A stretch of DNA of 64,000 bases. It comes from an uncultured Desulfarculales bacterium (GTDB lineage Bacteria; Desulfobacterota; Desulfarculia; Desulfarculales; JAHJDS01). Positions within the stretch are counted from its first letter, which is position 1; each line of letters begins with the position of its first letter. A program made the position numbers and the translations under genes. A model generated the notes under the pieces. That model had not been told where the DNA came from. It did not search any database and worked only from the letters and a program-made list of their open reading frames with translations. Location of the stretch: NCBI GenBank assembly GCA_964569795.1, contig CAZMVB010000005.1, positions 107,092 to 171,091 on the forward strand. Direction: 5' to 3'. Positions 22,727-32,807 of the stretch are shown piece after piece.

Positions 22727-24835
22727 TTAATCATCCTGCCTGACTCCGGCCTGAAGCTCGACCAGGCGGCGGTACAGGCCTTCCCTGGCCATCAACTCGG
22801 CGTGGGTCCCCTCCTCGACCACCCTGCCCCGGGAAATTACGAAGATCTTGGACGCCCGCCGGATGGTCGAGAGCAGATGGGCGATGACGATCGTGGTCCG
22901 GCCGGCCATGAGCCGCGGCAGGGCCTCCTGGATCTTCCCTTCCGTGTCCGGGTCCACGCTCGAGGTCGCCTCGTCCAGGATCAGGACCTCGGGCCGCCGC
23001 ACCAGGGCCCGGGCAAAGGCCAGGAGTTGTCTCTGGCCGGCCGACAGTTCGGCCCCGCCGCCGGTCAGGACCTGATCATACCCGTCAGGCAGGGCGGAAA
23101 TGAACTCGTCGGCCTTGACCGTCTTGGCCGCGGCCACGATCTCGTCGCGGCTCACCGGCCGGGGCGACCCCAGGGCGATGTTGTCCGCCACCGAGGACTC
23201 GAACAGATACACGTCCTGCATCACCAGGCCTGTCCGAGCCAGGATCTCATCCTGGCTCATGTCTGCCACATCCCGGCCGTTCCACAGGATGTGGCCTGAC
23301 TCGGGCAGGTAGAACCGGAGCAGGAGGTGGATCAGGCTGGTCTTGCCCTCGCCCGTGGCCCCCACCAGGGCCACGGTCTGCCCCGGCTCGACCGTGAACG
23401 ACACCTGGTCCAGGACCGGCTGGTCGGCCCGGTATCTGAATCCCACCCGGCGCAGTTCGATCCGGACCCCCGGGCCGTTCTCGGGCAGCCGGGCCGCTCC
23501 CTGGGGCAGTCCGGTCCGGGTGTCCATCAGCTCGAAGATGCGCTCGGCCGAGGCGTTGGCCGACTGGAGCAGGTTGTATTTCTCGGCCAGGTCCCGGATC
23601 GGCCTGAAAAAGAGCTGGATGTAGGCGATGAAGGCCACCAGGACGCCCAGGGACAGCCGATCCTGGATCACCTGGCCGCCGCCGTACCAGATGATCAGTC
23701 CCAGCCCGATCGCCCCCAGCAGCTCGACCACCGGACCGAACAGGGCAAAGACCATCACCTGTCTCATCCCGGCCTTGAACAGTGAAAAGTTCAGCCCCCC
23801 AAACCGATCCTTGAGCCGGGACACCTGGTTGAACAGGGTCGATTCCTTGACGCCCCCCAAGAACTCCTGGACAAAGGCGTTCAGCCGGGCCAGCCGGTCC
23901 CGCACCTGGCGAAAGGCCTGCCGCGACAGCCGGGAAAACACCCAGCTGGCGGCCGCGATCAGCGGGACCAGGACCAGACACCACAGGGTCAGCCTCGCGT
24001 CCAGGTGAAGCATGACCACCACGATCCCGATCAAAAGCAGCAGGTCCTGGAACAGGGTGTTGACCACTGACTTGAACATCTCGGCGATGTTCTGGACGTC
24101 ATTGGTCGTCCGGGTGACCAGGCGGCCGATGGGTTTGGCCCGGTAAAAGGCCAGGGACTGGCCGATGAGATGGGAGAACAGGTCCATCCGGAGCCGGTGC
24201 ATCATCCGCTGGCCCGCGATCTCCAGGATGACCAGTTGCCCCACCCAGGCCGCCAGATGGATCAACGCGATCAGCAGAAAGGCCGCGCCCAGCGCCCACA
24301 GCACGGACAGGTCCTTTCCCCGGATCGCCCGTCTGACGGACGCTGGCAGACGAGACAGATCATCAAAGGTGATGAACAACCGGCCGCCGGCGATGATTAT
24401 TTTACTTTTATATTTAATTAAAGAGCTTGTCAGGTGGGGCTCGGCCCGCGTGTAATAATAGCGCTGGGGCGAAATGAAGCGCTTCAAATGAGCCACCAGC
24501 CTCGGGTCCAGCCGCTTGAGGTCCGGCCCGGTCATGAAGCCCTGTCGCGGTCCGACCCGGATGTACCCCGGGGAGGCCGTGATCCGGGCCTGATCGCGAT
24601 GATGGTCGGTCCCCCAGTTGAATAAATGGGCCGTGGGGACAATGGCGTCATCCAGGGCCATCCGGGTGAGGTAAGGCAGGGCCAGGTCCCCGGCCGAGAC
24701 CAGGCCCACCAGGACGATGGCCGCCACGAAATGCCGCCAAAAGGTCCGGCCGTAGCCCAGCAACCGCCACAACAGGCGGAGGTTATAGCCCCGGCCCAGC
24801 CGGCCTTCCTCCATGTAGCCGTAATTACCGTTCAT
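22727..24835 (-). CDS. ABC exporter, fused permease/ATPase, with a large TM1-TM2 loop insertion
   Basis: 702 aa with Walker A GATGEGKTS, signature LSAGQRQ and Walker B ILDEATS. It overlaps the upstream partner gene by 11 nt. Confidence 0.9.
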   Translation of the reverse strand: MNGNYGYMEEGRLGRGYNLRLLWRLLGYGRTFWRHFVAAIVLVGLVSAGDLALPYLTRMALDDAIVPTAHLFNWGTDHHRDQARITASPGYIRVGPRQGFMTGPDLKRLDPRLVAHLKRFISPQRYYYTRAEPHLTSSLIKYKSKIIIAGGRLFITFDDLSRLPASVRRAIRGKDLSVLWALGAAFLLIALIHLAAWVGQLVILEIAGQRMMHRLRMDLFSHLIGQSLAFYRAKPIGRLVTRTTNDVQNIAEMFKSVVNTLFQDLLLLIGIVVVMLHLDARLTLWCLVLVPLIAAASWVFSRLSRQAFRQVRDRLARLNAFVQEFLGGVKESTLFNQVSRLKDRFGGLNFSLFKAGMRQVMVFALFGPVVELLGAIGLGLIIWYGGGQVIQDRLSLGVLVAFIAYIQLFFRPIRDLAEKYNLLQSANASAERIFELMDTRTGLPQGAARLPENGPGVRIELRRVGFRYRADQPVLDQVSFTVEPGQTVALVGATGEGKTSLIHLLLRFYLPESGHILWNGRDVADMSQDEILARTGLVMQDVYLFESSVADNIALGSPRPVSRDEIVAAAKTVKADEFISALPDGYDQVLTGGGAELSAGQRQLLAFARALVRRPEVLILDEATSSVDPDTEGKIQEALPRLMAGRTTIVIAHLLSTIRRASKIFVISRGRVVEEGTHAELMAREGLYRRLVELQAGVRQDD

Positions 24836-26579
24836 GGTCGTCCAGGCCGCCCATTTCCTCGAGGAGCTTCAGTCGATTTATCAGGTCGGCATAGGCCCCG
24901 CCCGCGGCCATCAACTCGGCCGGCGGCCCCTGGTCCGTGATCCGTCCCCCGTCCAGTACGGCCACGTGATCGCATTGGGCCAGGACCGTGGGCCGGTGGG
25001 TGACCAGGACCACGGTGCGGTGTTTCCCCAGCAGCCCCTCGAGGATGAGCCGCTCGGTGGCCGCGTCCACGTGGGACAGGGCGTCGTCGGCCACCAGGAT
25101 CGGGGCCCTGGTCAGCCAGGCCCGGGCCAGGGCCACCCGCTGGCGCTGGCCCCCGGACAGGGTCAGGCCCTTTTCCCCGACCAGGGTGTCCAGGCCGGCC
25201 GGAAAGGAGGCCAAATCATGGGCCAGGCCCGAGGCCGCAGCCGCGGCCTCGATCTCCTCGGCCGAGGCCTCGGGGCGCCCGAAGGCGATGTTCTGACGGA
25301 TGGTGTCCGAAAACAGGAAGCTCTCCTGGGGGACAAAGGCCAGCCGGGACCGCAGCGAGGCCAATTGGATGTCCCGGACGTCCATCCCGTCCAGGAATAC
25401 GGTCCCGGGCGGGGTCTCGTACAGCCGGCCGAGCAGGGCCAGCAGGGTCGATTTGCCCGATCCGGTCGGCCCGGTCAGGCCGGTGATGCCGCCCGCCGGA
25501 ATGTTCAGGGTCACCCCGGACAGCACCGGCCGTTTTTCCTCCGGATAGGCAAACGTCAGGTCCCTGATCTGGATCCCGCCCGGCCCCTGGGGGGCTGGCC
25601 GGGCGTCCGCGGCGTCCGTGACCTCGGGCCGGGTCGCCAGGATCTGGCCCAGGCGGGCCAGGGAGGCCGATCCCCGCTGCACCAGGCTGATGACCCACCC
25701 CAGGGCCATCATCGGCCAGCTCAACAGGGCCAGGTAGGCCCCGAAGGCCACGAAGTCGCCCGTGGTTATGGACTGATTGATGGTCAGCCGGCCGCCGAAC
25801 AGGAGCACCGCCGCGGCGCTGAGGTTGGTGAAGAAGAGCATGATCGGGAAAAACAGGCCCGAGGCCCAGATCAACTTGATGTTCTTGGTAATGAAATCGC
25901 GGCTGGCCACGTCCAGGCGCCGGGTCAGCACCCCCTGGGCCTGATAGGCCTGGATCAGATGGACCCCGGAATAATCCTGCCGGACCATCTCGGTCAGACC
26001 GGAAAAGGCGGCCTGAACGTCGGTGAAACGCCGGTGAGTCAGCCGGGACAGCCGCCGGGTGACGATCACCAGCAGGGGCATGGGCAGGATGGCGATCAGG
26101 GTCAGTCCGGGGTGGATCCAGAGCATGAATCCGATGGCCGCCAGCCCCAGGAAAATGCCGTCCACAAAGGCGACCATCCCGATCCCGACCGACATCCGGA
26201 CCGCGTCCATGTCATTGGTCAGCCGGGCCATCAGGTCGCCGTGGGGTGTTTTCTTGAAAAACCCGATGGACAGGCGGCTCAGATGATCGAAGACCTGGCC
26301 CCTCAGGTCCCGCTCCACCTGCCGGGCCTGGCCCAGGACCATCCGCCGCCAGACCACCCGCAACAGGGCCATGAACCCGCCCAGCAAGACGATCAGTCCG
26401 GCCTGCCCCAGCAGGCTCATCAGGGTCGCCTGATCCAGGGTCAACTGGTCAACCGCCCTCTTGATCAGGCGCGGGATGAAGAGCTGGGCCAGATCGACCA
26501 GCATCAGGGCCGACAGACCCAGGGAGATCATCCACCAGTGCCGCTTGAGAAAGGGCGTGACCAGTCGAAAGTTCTTCAT
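24825..26579 (-). CDS. ABC exporter, fused permease/ATPase (heterodimer partner)
   Basis: 584 aa with Walker A GPTGSGKST, signature LSGGQRQ and Walker B VADDALS. Confidence 0.9.
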   Translation of the reverse strand: MKNFRLVTPFLKRHWWMISLGLSALMLVDLAQLFIPRLIKRAVDQLTLDQATLMSLLGQAGLIVLLGGFMALLRVVWRRMVLGQARQVERDLRGQVFDHLSRLSIGFFKKTPHGDLMARLTNDMDAVRMSVGIGMVAFVDGIFLGLAAIGFMLWIHPGLTLIAILPMPLLVIVTRRLSRLTHRRFTDVQAAFSGLTEMVRQDYSGVHLIQAYQAQGVLTRRLDVASRDFITKNIKLIWASGLFFPIMLFFTNLSAAAVLLFGGRLTINQSITTGDFVAFGAYLALLSWPMMALGWVISLVQRGSASLARLGQILATRPEVTDAADARPAPQGPGGIQIRDLTFAYPEEKRPVLSGVTLNIPAGGITGLTGPTGSGKSTLLALLGRLYETPPGTVFLDGMDVRDIQLASLRSRLAFVPQESFLFSDTIRQNIAFGRPEASAEEIEAAAAASGLAHDLASFPAGLDTLVGEKGLTLSGGQRQRVALARAWLTRAPILVADDALSHVDAATERLILEGLLGKHRTVVLVTHRPTVLAQCDHVAVLDGGRITDQGPPAELMAAGGAYADLINRLKLLEEMGGLDDHER

Positions 26580-26751
26580 GATCAGGCGGTGCGCCGGCTA
26601 GCCGATGATCAGGGGCCGCGGCGATTCGGTGCGAGATTTTTTATCAAGCAATGCACTGGAATAAATAAACATTTCAGCCTCGAATGAAAGTCCCGAGTGT
26701 TGATTTTTGCTGCTTGATGCTTATTTTATAAGTCAAAGGAGGTTGAGGCAA

Positions 26752-26889
26752 ATGGATCCTCAGGTCAAAAGCGCGATCCGGTGGGACGAAATCGACGCCT
26801 GCCTGAAAAACTGGCAGCCTCCCGAGGAATGCCTCCCGTCCGACCCGGATTGGAAAGAGGCGTTGAAAAAGGTCGTGTCCGAGAACTGA
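26752..26889 (+). CDS. Small hypothetical protein (45 aa)
   Basis: AAGGAGG 9 nt before the ATG and a strong terminator 24 nt after the stop. No family recognised. Confidence 0.5.
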   Translation: MDPQVKSAIRWDEIDACLKNWQPPEECLPSDPDWKEALKKVVSEN

Positions 26890-26912
26890 CCCCCAAAACC
26901 ATATGTTTCTCG

Positions 26913-26943
26913 ACCCGGTCCCGATAAAGGGCCGGTTTTTTTT
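26913..26943 (+). terminator. Rho-independent terminator
   Basis: CCGG(T)CCC-GATAAA-GGGCCGG stem followed by a run of 8 T. Confidence 0.75.
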
Positions 26944-26948
26944 CACCG

Positions 26949-27620
26949 CTACGTTTCGCTGTTAGAAATTCCGGCCGGCCGCTTGATGAGCCAGACCGCG
27001 GCGTAAACGACCGGCGTGTCCAGAAGGGCGATGGCCAGCTTGACCAGGTACTGCCCGATCATCATCGGCACCAGGGGAAACACGCCGGCAAAGGCGATGG
27101 TGATGAACAGGACGGTGTCAATGGCCTGGGAGACCATGGTCGAGCCGTTGTTGCGCAGCCACAGCCATTTGCCCTTGGTCTGAACCCGAATCCGGTGGAA
27201 CAGGATCACGTCGTTCATCTGGGAGACCAGGTAGGCGATCAGCGAGGCGATGATGATCCGCAGGGTCGAACCGAGGACACACCCGAACGCCGGCTGGCCC
27301 TTCCAGAACCCGGCCGGGGGGACGACGATGGCCAGCCAGGCCAGTCCGTAAAATACGGCCAGGGCGAAAAACCCGGCCAGGACGACCTGTTGCGATCGTT
27401 TCTTGCCCCAGATCTCGCTGATGACGTCGGTGCAGGCAAAGGTGACCGCATAGGCCAGGACCCCGGCCGGAAAGGTCAGGCCGAACAGGTGCACCGGCTT
27501 GACGGCCAGGATGGCCGCGCCGACCAGGCACCCGGCGAACACGGCCGAGATCGAGGTAAAGGCCCCGGGCCGCCAGGTAACCGGCGCGGGATGGGCAAAG
27601 GGGTCAGGCATGGCGGTCAT
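26949..27620 (-). CDS. yhhQ: Queuosine-precursor transporter family (YhhQ/VUT, DUF165)
   Basis: Multi-helix membrane protein with AYAVTFACTDVISEIWGKK and GSTMVSQAIDTVLF motifs. The exact start is uncertain (27620 or 27611). Confidence 0.75.
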   Translation of the reverse strand: MTAMPDPFAHPAPVTWRPGAFTSISAVFAGCLVGAAILAVKPVHLFGLTFPAGVLAYAVTFACTDVISEIWGKKRSQQVVLAGFFALAVFYGLAWLAIVVPPAGFWKGQPAFGCVLGSTLRIIIASLIAYLVSQMNDVILFHRIRVQTKGKWLWLRNNGSTMVSQAIDTVLFITIAFAGVFPLVPMMIGQYLVKLAIALLDTPVVYAAVWLIKRPAGISNSET

Positions 27621-27810
27621 TGTTACCGGCCCGACCTGGTCCGTCAAGGGGAGACCTGAAACCGGGGCCCTGCCCTGCCCTCGGCCCAGGGGCCGGGCCT
27701 TTGATCCGCCGATCATTCATCCCCGTCCCGGACGCGTCATCCGAGCCCGCCGGACGACTTCAGGGCCTGGCCCGATATCGCTTCACAGTCTTGCCCCGGA
27801 AACAAATGCC

Positions 27811-28620
27811 ATGCTAAGGTGCGTTATGGCCCGGGCGAACCTGATAATCTGGCTGGCAATCTCGGTCCTGGTCGGTCTGGGCTGGTCGCAGGGATGGGCC
27901 GCCCGGCCCATAAAAATCAAGTTTCACATCCCCCGTCAGGTCCTGACCAAGGACGGACTGCTGCGGGCCGACGTCCTGATTGACGAGACCCGTCGTATCC
28001 TCCGGGACGGCTCGACCGACCCGCGGCTCAGATTTTTCCCCCAGATCATCTTCCTGCTCATGGACAAGCCGTATCGGCCCAAAACCGTCCGCCAGATCAT
28101 GAAGCGGGTGGCCGACACCCAGGACCCCCGGGTCATGAAACTGATCTATTTCACCCTGGGCCTGGCCGATCTGGCCGAGGGCAGGCTTGACGAGGCGGTC
28201 CGGCACTTTGACCTGGCGGCCTGGGGCAAGGGCAGTTCCCCGGTGGCCCGGCTGAACCTGGCCCAGCTGGCGATCGTCACCCATCAGCCCTGGGCGGCGA
28301 TCGAGGTCCTGGGCGCGGCCCGGATTCCGGCGTTCAAGGATTACTCGGGCCTGGCCCGGTATCACCTGGCCCAGGCCTACGCCCTGCTGTGGAAGGTCAA
28401 GCCGGCCATGGCCATGCTGGAGGGGGCCTTTCTCGAGCCCGGGGACCCGCCCCTGCTGCGGCAAGACCTGCCCGTGCCCCCGGCCTATCTGGACAAGGAC
28501 CCGGCCCTGAACGTTCTGAGGGGCAGGCGCGACTTCAAGGATTTGGTGGCCCTGATCAAGAGCCTGTGGGCCGAGGAAAAGGCCCTCCAAAAACCGATGG
28601 GCCGGCGATCGGCCAGGTAA
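27811..28620 (+). CDS. Secreted TPR-like hypothetical protein
   Basis: Start set at ATG 27811 with a hydrophobic N-terminus ANLIIWLAISVLVGLGWSQGWA. Helical-repeat-like sequence. Confidence 0.6.
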   Translation: MLRCVMARANLIIWLAISVLVGLGWSQGWAARPIKIKFHIPRQVLTKDGLLRADVLIDETRRILRDGSTDPRLRFFPQIIFLLMDKPYRPKTVRQIMKRVADTQDPRVMKLIYFTLGLADLAEGRLDEAVRHFDLAAWGKGSSPVARLNLAQLAIVTHQPWAAIEVLGAARIPAFKDYSGLARYHLAQAYALLWKVKPAMAMLEGAFLEPGDPPLLRQDLPVPPAYLDKDPALNVLRGRRDFKDLVALIKSLWAEEKALQKPMGRRSAR

Positions 28621-28980
28621 GTCGATCTTCTGAGATTCAAAATCAAGGTCGGAATTTAATGAGAACGGCGACCTGGTCTCCCCGGCCGCCGTTTGTCGGA
28701 TCAGAATCGATTTGTGGTTACCGACAGGCCAGGCAGCGGCGATGGACTCTCCATTGCAGGCAGCGACGGCCCCTGTACCCCCAGGCGCGACAAACGCGAT
28801 GGCCCGCGCCCCAACGTACACACCTGCCGGCGCGATAGGCCAGGCACCGCCGTCCGGCGTGCCGCCAGGGACGCACCGCCCCCTTCCCCGCCGGACGTGC
28901 GTCAGCAGGTCACGATCAGGGGCCGTATCCGCCGGACCGGCCCCTGGTTATTTCACCCGGATCAACCCGGTCCGGGCCGA

Positions 28981-29508
28981 TCAATAGACTTTCATGAACT
29001 CGGTGCCTTCAGAACCGCACACCGGACACTCGGCCGGGGCATCGCCTTCCCGGGTGTGACCGCAGCAGGAGCAGACAAAGTACGGAACGTTGCCCTGATC
29101 GCCGTCCCAGGTCTCCAGGAACCTCTGATACAGGTCGAGGTGTGTCTTTTCGGCCTCGTTGGCCCAATGAAAGGTGCGCCGGGTCTCTTCCTCGCCGTCC
29201 GCCAGGGCGTGAATGATCATGGCCGGATACATCACGTCGAACTCGTAGGTCTCCCGGGCCCGGGCCCTTTCCAGGTTCTCCCTGGTGCCCTGCACGGCCC
29301 CCAGCGCCCCGAAGTGGTTGCGGGCGTGGACGGCCTCGGCCAGGGCCACGGCCCGGAACAGGCGCCCGACCTGGGTAAAACCCTCCTCGTCCGCCCTGGC
29401 GGCAAAGGCCAGGTATTGATGGTTGGCCTCGGCCTCGGCGGCAAAGGCCTTTTCCAGATGATGCTGGATGTTGGTCGGCTTACGTTTGCCTTGGATATTG
29501 ACCGACAT
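28981..29508 (-). CDS. rbr: Rubrerythrin
   Basis: Di-iron ferritin-like motifs (EAEANHQY, EAVHARNH) plus a C-terminal rubredoxin-like CSCCGH..CPVCG. ATG 29508 is preceded by AGGAGGTG. Confidence 0.9.
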   Translation of the reverse strand: MSVNIQGKRKPTNIQHHLEKAFAAEAEANHQYLAFAARADEEGFTQVGRLFRAVALAEAVHARNHFGALGAVQGTRENLERARARETYEFDVMYPAMIIHALADGEEETRRTFHWANEAEKTHLDLYQRFLETWDGDQGNVPYFVCSCCGHTREGDAPAECPVCGSEGTEFMKVY

Positions 29509-29588
29509 ACGCCTCACCTCCTGTCTGGGAGTTATCGGCGCGGCCGGGTGCCCCAAAACAAGGGGCACCTCTTCTTTTGTCTGGCCCT

Positions 29589-30110
29589 TTACTGGTCAAT
29601 GAAGTGGGCCCGGCGGTTTTTCTGCCAGCAGGTCTCGTTGTGCTCGGTGCACAGGGGCCGGTCCTTGCCAAAGCTGACGGTCCTCATCCGGTCGGCGCTG
29701 ATGCCCAGGTCCGTCAGGTAGCGCTTGGCCGACTTGGCCCGGCGGTCGCCCAGGGCCAGGTTATAGGCTCGCGAGCCCCGTTCGTCACAGTTGCCTTGGA
29801 TGACCACCCGCACCCCTGGGTTGGATTTCATGTACGCGGCCTTGGCCTGGAGCACGAGCCGGGCGTCGGGTCGGATGAACGACCGGTCAAAGTCGAACAG
29901 GACGTCCTGGTTATAGAATTTTTGGCGGAGAAGCTGCCTTTGACGCATGGCTTCCGCCCGCCTGGCGGCCGCCTCCTGGGCCGCCCTGCGCCGGGCCAGC
30001 TCCTGCTGGCTGACGCCTGGGATCGCTTCCCTGGCGCAGCCAATGAATTGAACCATGAGCAGCACGGCCAGCAGGGCCAGTCCAGTCCCCATCAAGTAAC
30101 GCTTGAACAT
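29589..30110 (-). CDS. pal: Peptidoglycan-associated lipoprotein (Pal/OmpA family)
   Basis: Lipobox LMVQFIGC. OmpA-like C-terminal domain (VVIQGNCDERGSRAYNLALGDRRA). Confidence 0.85.
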   Translation of the reverse strand: MFKRYLMGTGLALLAVLLMVQFIGCAREAIPGVSQQELARRRAAQEAAARRAEAMRQRQLLRQKFYNQDVLFDFDRSFIRPDARLVLQAKAAYMKSNPGVRVVIQGNCDERGSRAYNLALGDRRAKSAKRYLTDLGISADRMRTVSFGKDRPLCTEHNETCWQKNRRAHFIDQ

Positions 30111-30461
30111 GTCTGCCTCCACGGTGGATGTCTGCGGTCGTTGCAGGGGCCGGCGCATATTCCCTCCGGCCCTGGGAGCGAGTACCTAGTCCTCCCTTCG
30201 CGTTATTGCAAATGTATCTCAGTAGCCGAGGAAGAACAATGAAGCCCAGACCTCATTGACAGACCAAACTGCCCCCATTTCAGGGAAGCCATCGCTTCAG
30301 CCGCCGGGGCCCCTATTTATATTTATTTATTTTAATTGGCACTCCAGGATCGTCAGGCGGCCGTCAATCGGGATCCTCAGCCAGCCTGGCCGGGTCAAGG
30401 CAGGGCTTTCGGTTTCGCCTCGATTCCGATATACTGGAACGGTCAAACCTGGCGAGCGGCC

Positions 30462-30584
30462 ATGAAATCCTATCGCAAAGAGCGATGGTTCGAGGTGCCG
30501 AGCCGGCGGGCCTTCATCCACATCACCCCGCAGGTCGAGGAGTGCCTCCGGGAGAGCGGGATCAAGGAGGGCCTGTGCCTGGTC
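30462..30584 (+). pseudogene. yjbQ: yjbQ (UPF0047) 5' part, 41 codons, cut by element insertion
   Basis: [41 protein letters not shown], then 7 element-derived codons and a stop. The continuation [10 protein letters not shown]... lies at 37774. Confidence 0.8.
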
Positions 30585-32244
30585 AAGACGAAGCATATGG
30601 AGTTTTGACCTCCACTCCGACTCCCTTTCCAACAATCTTACCGGCCTTCGCCGCCGCCTTGGTATCCCCGTCAAGAGGACGTTCCGCCGCAGCATAGACG
30701 TCCCCCGACCGAGCCTGTAAATGGCCCCATATGGTCCCCAGGCGGCCGTAGGCCTCGAACTCGTATCGGTGTGGGTTCCCTCCCAGGAACTTGATGTAAA
30801 CGCCGAACCGGCGGCCACCCGGGCCTGTCCCACCAAACACCAGGTTGACCAGGTCCTGTAGTTCGTCGTCGGGCATGTCATTGAAGGCGACCCCCGAGGA
30901 AATGTAACTCTCGACTATCCGCCGTACCAGTTGGGCGTCTTGGCTGTTCCGTTTGGCTTCGATTTCGGACTCCCGAGGCAGTGCCAATAACTGCTCGTCG
31001 ATGGCAGTCAACTCCTTCTTGTGGTTGGCCAACCGAGATTCAAGCTTCTTGAGGTTTCGCTGGGCCTGATCGTCGGTGACAATTCCCTTCCCGATGGCAG
31101 CCACGATTCGGTCCATTTCTGTTTGGACCTGTCGGACCTCTTTGAAGTGGAACGCCCTCTTGTCCAGGAGTTCCTTGACCACCTTTTCACTCGACTCGTG
31201 GCCCTCGAACACCGCGGCACGGAAGTCACCCTGGTTCGACAACATCACGGCCAGTTCATCCAAGACGGCCCGCTCCAAAACCTCGGCGTTGATACTGTAC
31301 TTGTAGCCGTCGCCGGAGTGTGGCCGGTAATACCTAAGGCCCCCTCGGTTTGCCGTCCCGGTCAAGGCCTTGCCCGTGTCGGTGTCGAAAATCTTGCGGC
31401 CCAATAAGTACCGGTGCTTGATATGCCCCCTGGCGTAGGTCTTCCGGGCCTTGGCCCTATCCTTGATGGCCTGGATTGTCTCCTCAGGCAGGAGTGGAGG
31501 CACAGGAGTCGGGACGGTCTCGTCGATCCTCGCCCACTCCAACCTGAACCTCTGATCCCAAGTGGCCCCGGCGGTCTTGGTTAACACCCGCCAAAGGTAC
31601 TGCCCGTTCATGCCGAACTTTCGTCCGAGTTCGTTGAATCCGGCGTTGGTCTCCAGGTACTCCCTGGCTATGGCCTCTATCTTGGCCTTGGCCTCGGGGT
31701 CAACCTGCCAGCCGTCCTCCTGGGACCAGGTCCGGCCATAGGGCCTCTTGCCACAACTGGGCCTCCCCTGCCTGGCACTTTCGATTTTGCCCAAAACCGA
31801 TTTGTAGGCCTGCTGGCCGGCAAAGAGCTCCCCGGCCTCGACACTCATCCCCAACACGAAAAAGGGCTCGGGATTGGTCAGCTCGTACTCCATCGGTCCG
31901 ACAAAAAACCTGACCCCCTTCATCCGAAGTGCCTTCAGGTTACCCTTGTTCTTCTCGTTGTCCCGGCTCCACCGACTAATGTCCGCCACGATCACGGCGT
32001 CAACCCGGCCATCCAGAGCATCGGTCATCAGTCGGTCAAGCTCGGCCCTTTCCCAGTTGGCGGTGGCGTGTTCCTGCCCGCCGTACCAGTCGACCACCTG
32101 CCCCCCGAGCCGGTCTATTGTCTGCTTGAGGTACCTCCGTTGGGTCTCCAGGCTTGTCCCCCGGTCAGCCTGTGCCTCGGTGCTGACCCGGATCAGGGGG
32201 GCGAACTTGATCGGCTGTTCTACCACGGCCTCGCCCTTTTTCAT
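30583..32244 (-). CDS. Large serine recombinase
   Basis: 553 aa. N-terminal resolvase domain with the catalytic Ser context LIRVSTEAQ, then a recombinase domain and a coiled-coil C-terminal part. Its stop codon sits at the attL core. Confidence 0.9.
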   Translation of the reverse strand: MKKGEAVVEQPIKFAPLIRVSTEAQADRGTSLETQRRYLKQTIDRLGGQVVDWYGGQEHATANWERAELDRLMTDALDGRVDAVIVADISRWSRDNEKNKGNLKALRMKGVRFFVGPMEYELTNPEPFFVLGMSVEAGELFAGQQAYKSVLGKIESARQGRPSCGKRPYGRTWSQEDGWQVDPEAKAKIEAIAREYLETNAGFNELGRKFGMNGQYLWRVLTKTAGATWDQRFRLEWARIDETVPTPVPPLLPEETIQAIKDRAKARKTYARGHIKHRYLLGRKIFDTDTGKALTGTANRGGLRYYRPHSGDGYKYSINAEVLERAVLDELAVMLSNQGDFRAAVFEGHESSEKVVKELLDKRAFHFKEVRQVQTEMDRIVAAIGKGIVTDDQAQRNLKKLESRLANHKKELTAIDEQLLALPRESEIEAKRNSQDAQLVRRIVESYISSGVAFNDMPDDELQDLVNLVFGGTGPGGRRFGVYIKFLGGNPHRYEFEAYGRLGTIWGHLQARSGDVYAAAERPLDGDTKAAAKAGKIVGKGVGVEVKTPYASS

Positions 32245-32272
32245 TGGACCACCCTCTCATCCTCCAGGGTAC

Positions 32273-32566
32273 TCACCGGTCGGCCCCTCCGCCCTTGACC
32301 AGTTCCAACTTCCCCCCCTTGTCCTGGATGGCCTCGGTCAAAGTGCTGTAGGAGGCAAAGTCGTTCAAGATCCCCAGCCACAAGGTCAACTCGACGGACT
32401 TGGGCATTGGGTAACGCCTCGTCAGCCAATTGCTGAGGGTGCCGTCGGACACCTCCAGGAATCGGGCTGCCTCGGACTGGGTTTTCCCAGCCGCCTGGAG
32501 TGCGGCCCTAAGCGGGTGAGCATTCGGGACCTCTTTTTGTGGCCTGCCGGGCCTTCCATCAGCCAT
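32273..32566 (-). CDS. Small helix-turn-helix DNA-binding protein
   Basis: 97 aa with SD GGAGGGGAG. HTH segment KTQSEAARFLEVSDGTLSNWL. Confidence 0.7.
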   Translation of the reverse strand: MADGRPGRPQKEVPNAHPLRAALQAAGKTQSEAARFLEVSDGTLSNWLTRRYPMPKSVELTLWLGILNDFASYSTLTEAIQDKGGKLELVKGGGADR

Positions 32567-32615
32567 GGTCTCCCCTCCACTGGGGGTTGAGGGTTTTTTT
32601 GAGGCCGGTCACCTG

Positions 32616-32644
32616 CCTCAATTACATTATTTGTGTGCAAAAAA
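32616..32644 (-). promoter_or_regulatory. Candidate sigma70 promoter for the HTH and recombinase genes
   Basis: TTGACA-N17-AATAAT on the minus strand in an AT-rich spacer about 50 nt upstream of ATG 32566. Confidence 0.45.
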
Positions 32645-32710
32645 ATCTTGTCAAGCATTTTTTGAAAAGATTTGTTATCTGACCCACTACAGGTAGTAGT
32701 TTCACCGGGC

Positions 32711-32775
32711 CATGGCCCCACAGGGGGACAGGTGAGATCTCCCCGCCATGGACGAATGCTTAAGCCCCCCACCCA
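32711..32775. repeat. Element intergenic motif, copy 1
   Basis: Shares GAGATC.CC.CGCCA.GG.C.AATGCTTAAGCCCCC with copy 2. Confidence 0.45.
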
Positions 32776-32807
32776 GTTTTTAGGCCAGGGGCAGGGGGGT
32801 CAAAAGT

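Noticed and set aside
28621-28980. A 360-nt gap between the convergent TPR-like and rubrerythrin genes, considered as a possible sRNA or small gene. ORFs 28693-29721 and 28712-28987 lie there.
   Set aside because: I found only GC hairpins without U-tracts, no SD-ATG pair and no recognisable motif. The ORFs are P/R/G-rich artefacts. There is not enough evidence to call anything.
30319-30345. TGGCAC upstream of yjbQ as a sigma54 -24 element.
   Set aside because: The expected TTGC(A/T) at -12 is absent, with GATCG at the corresponding spacing.
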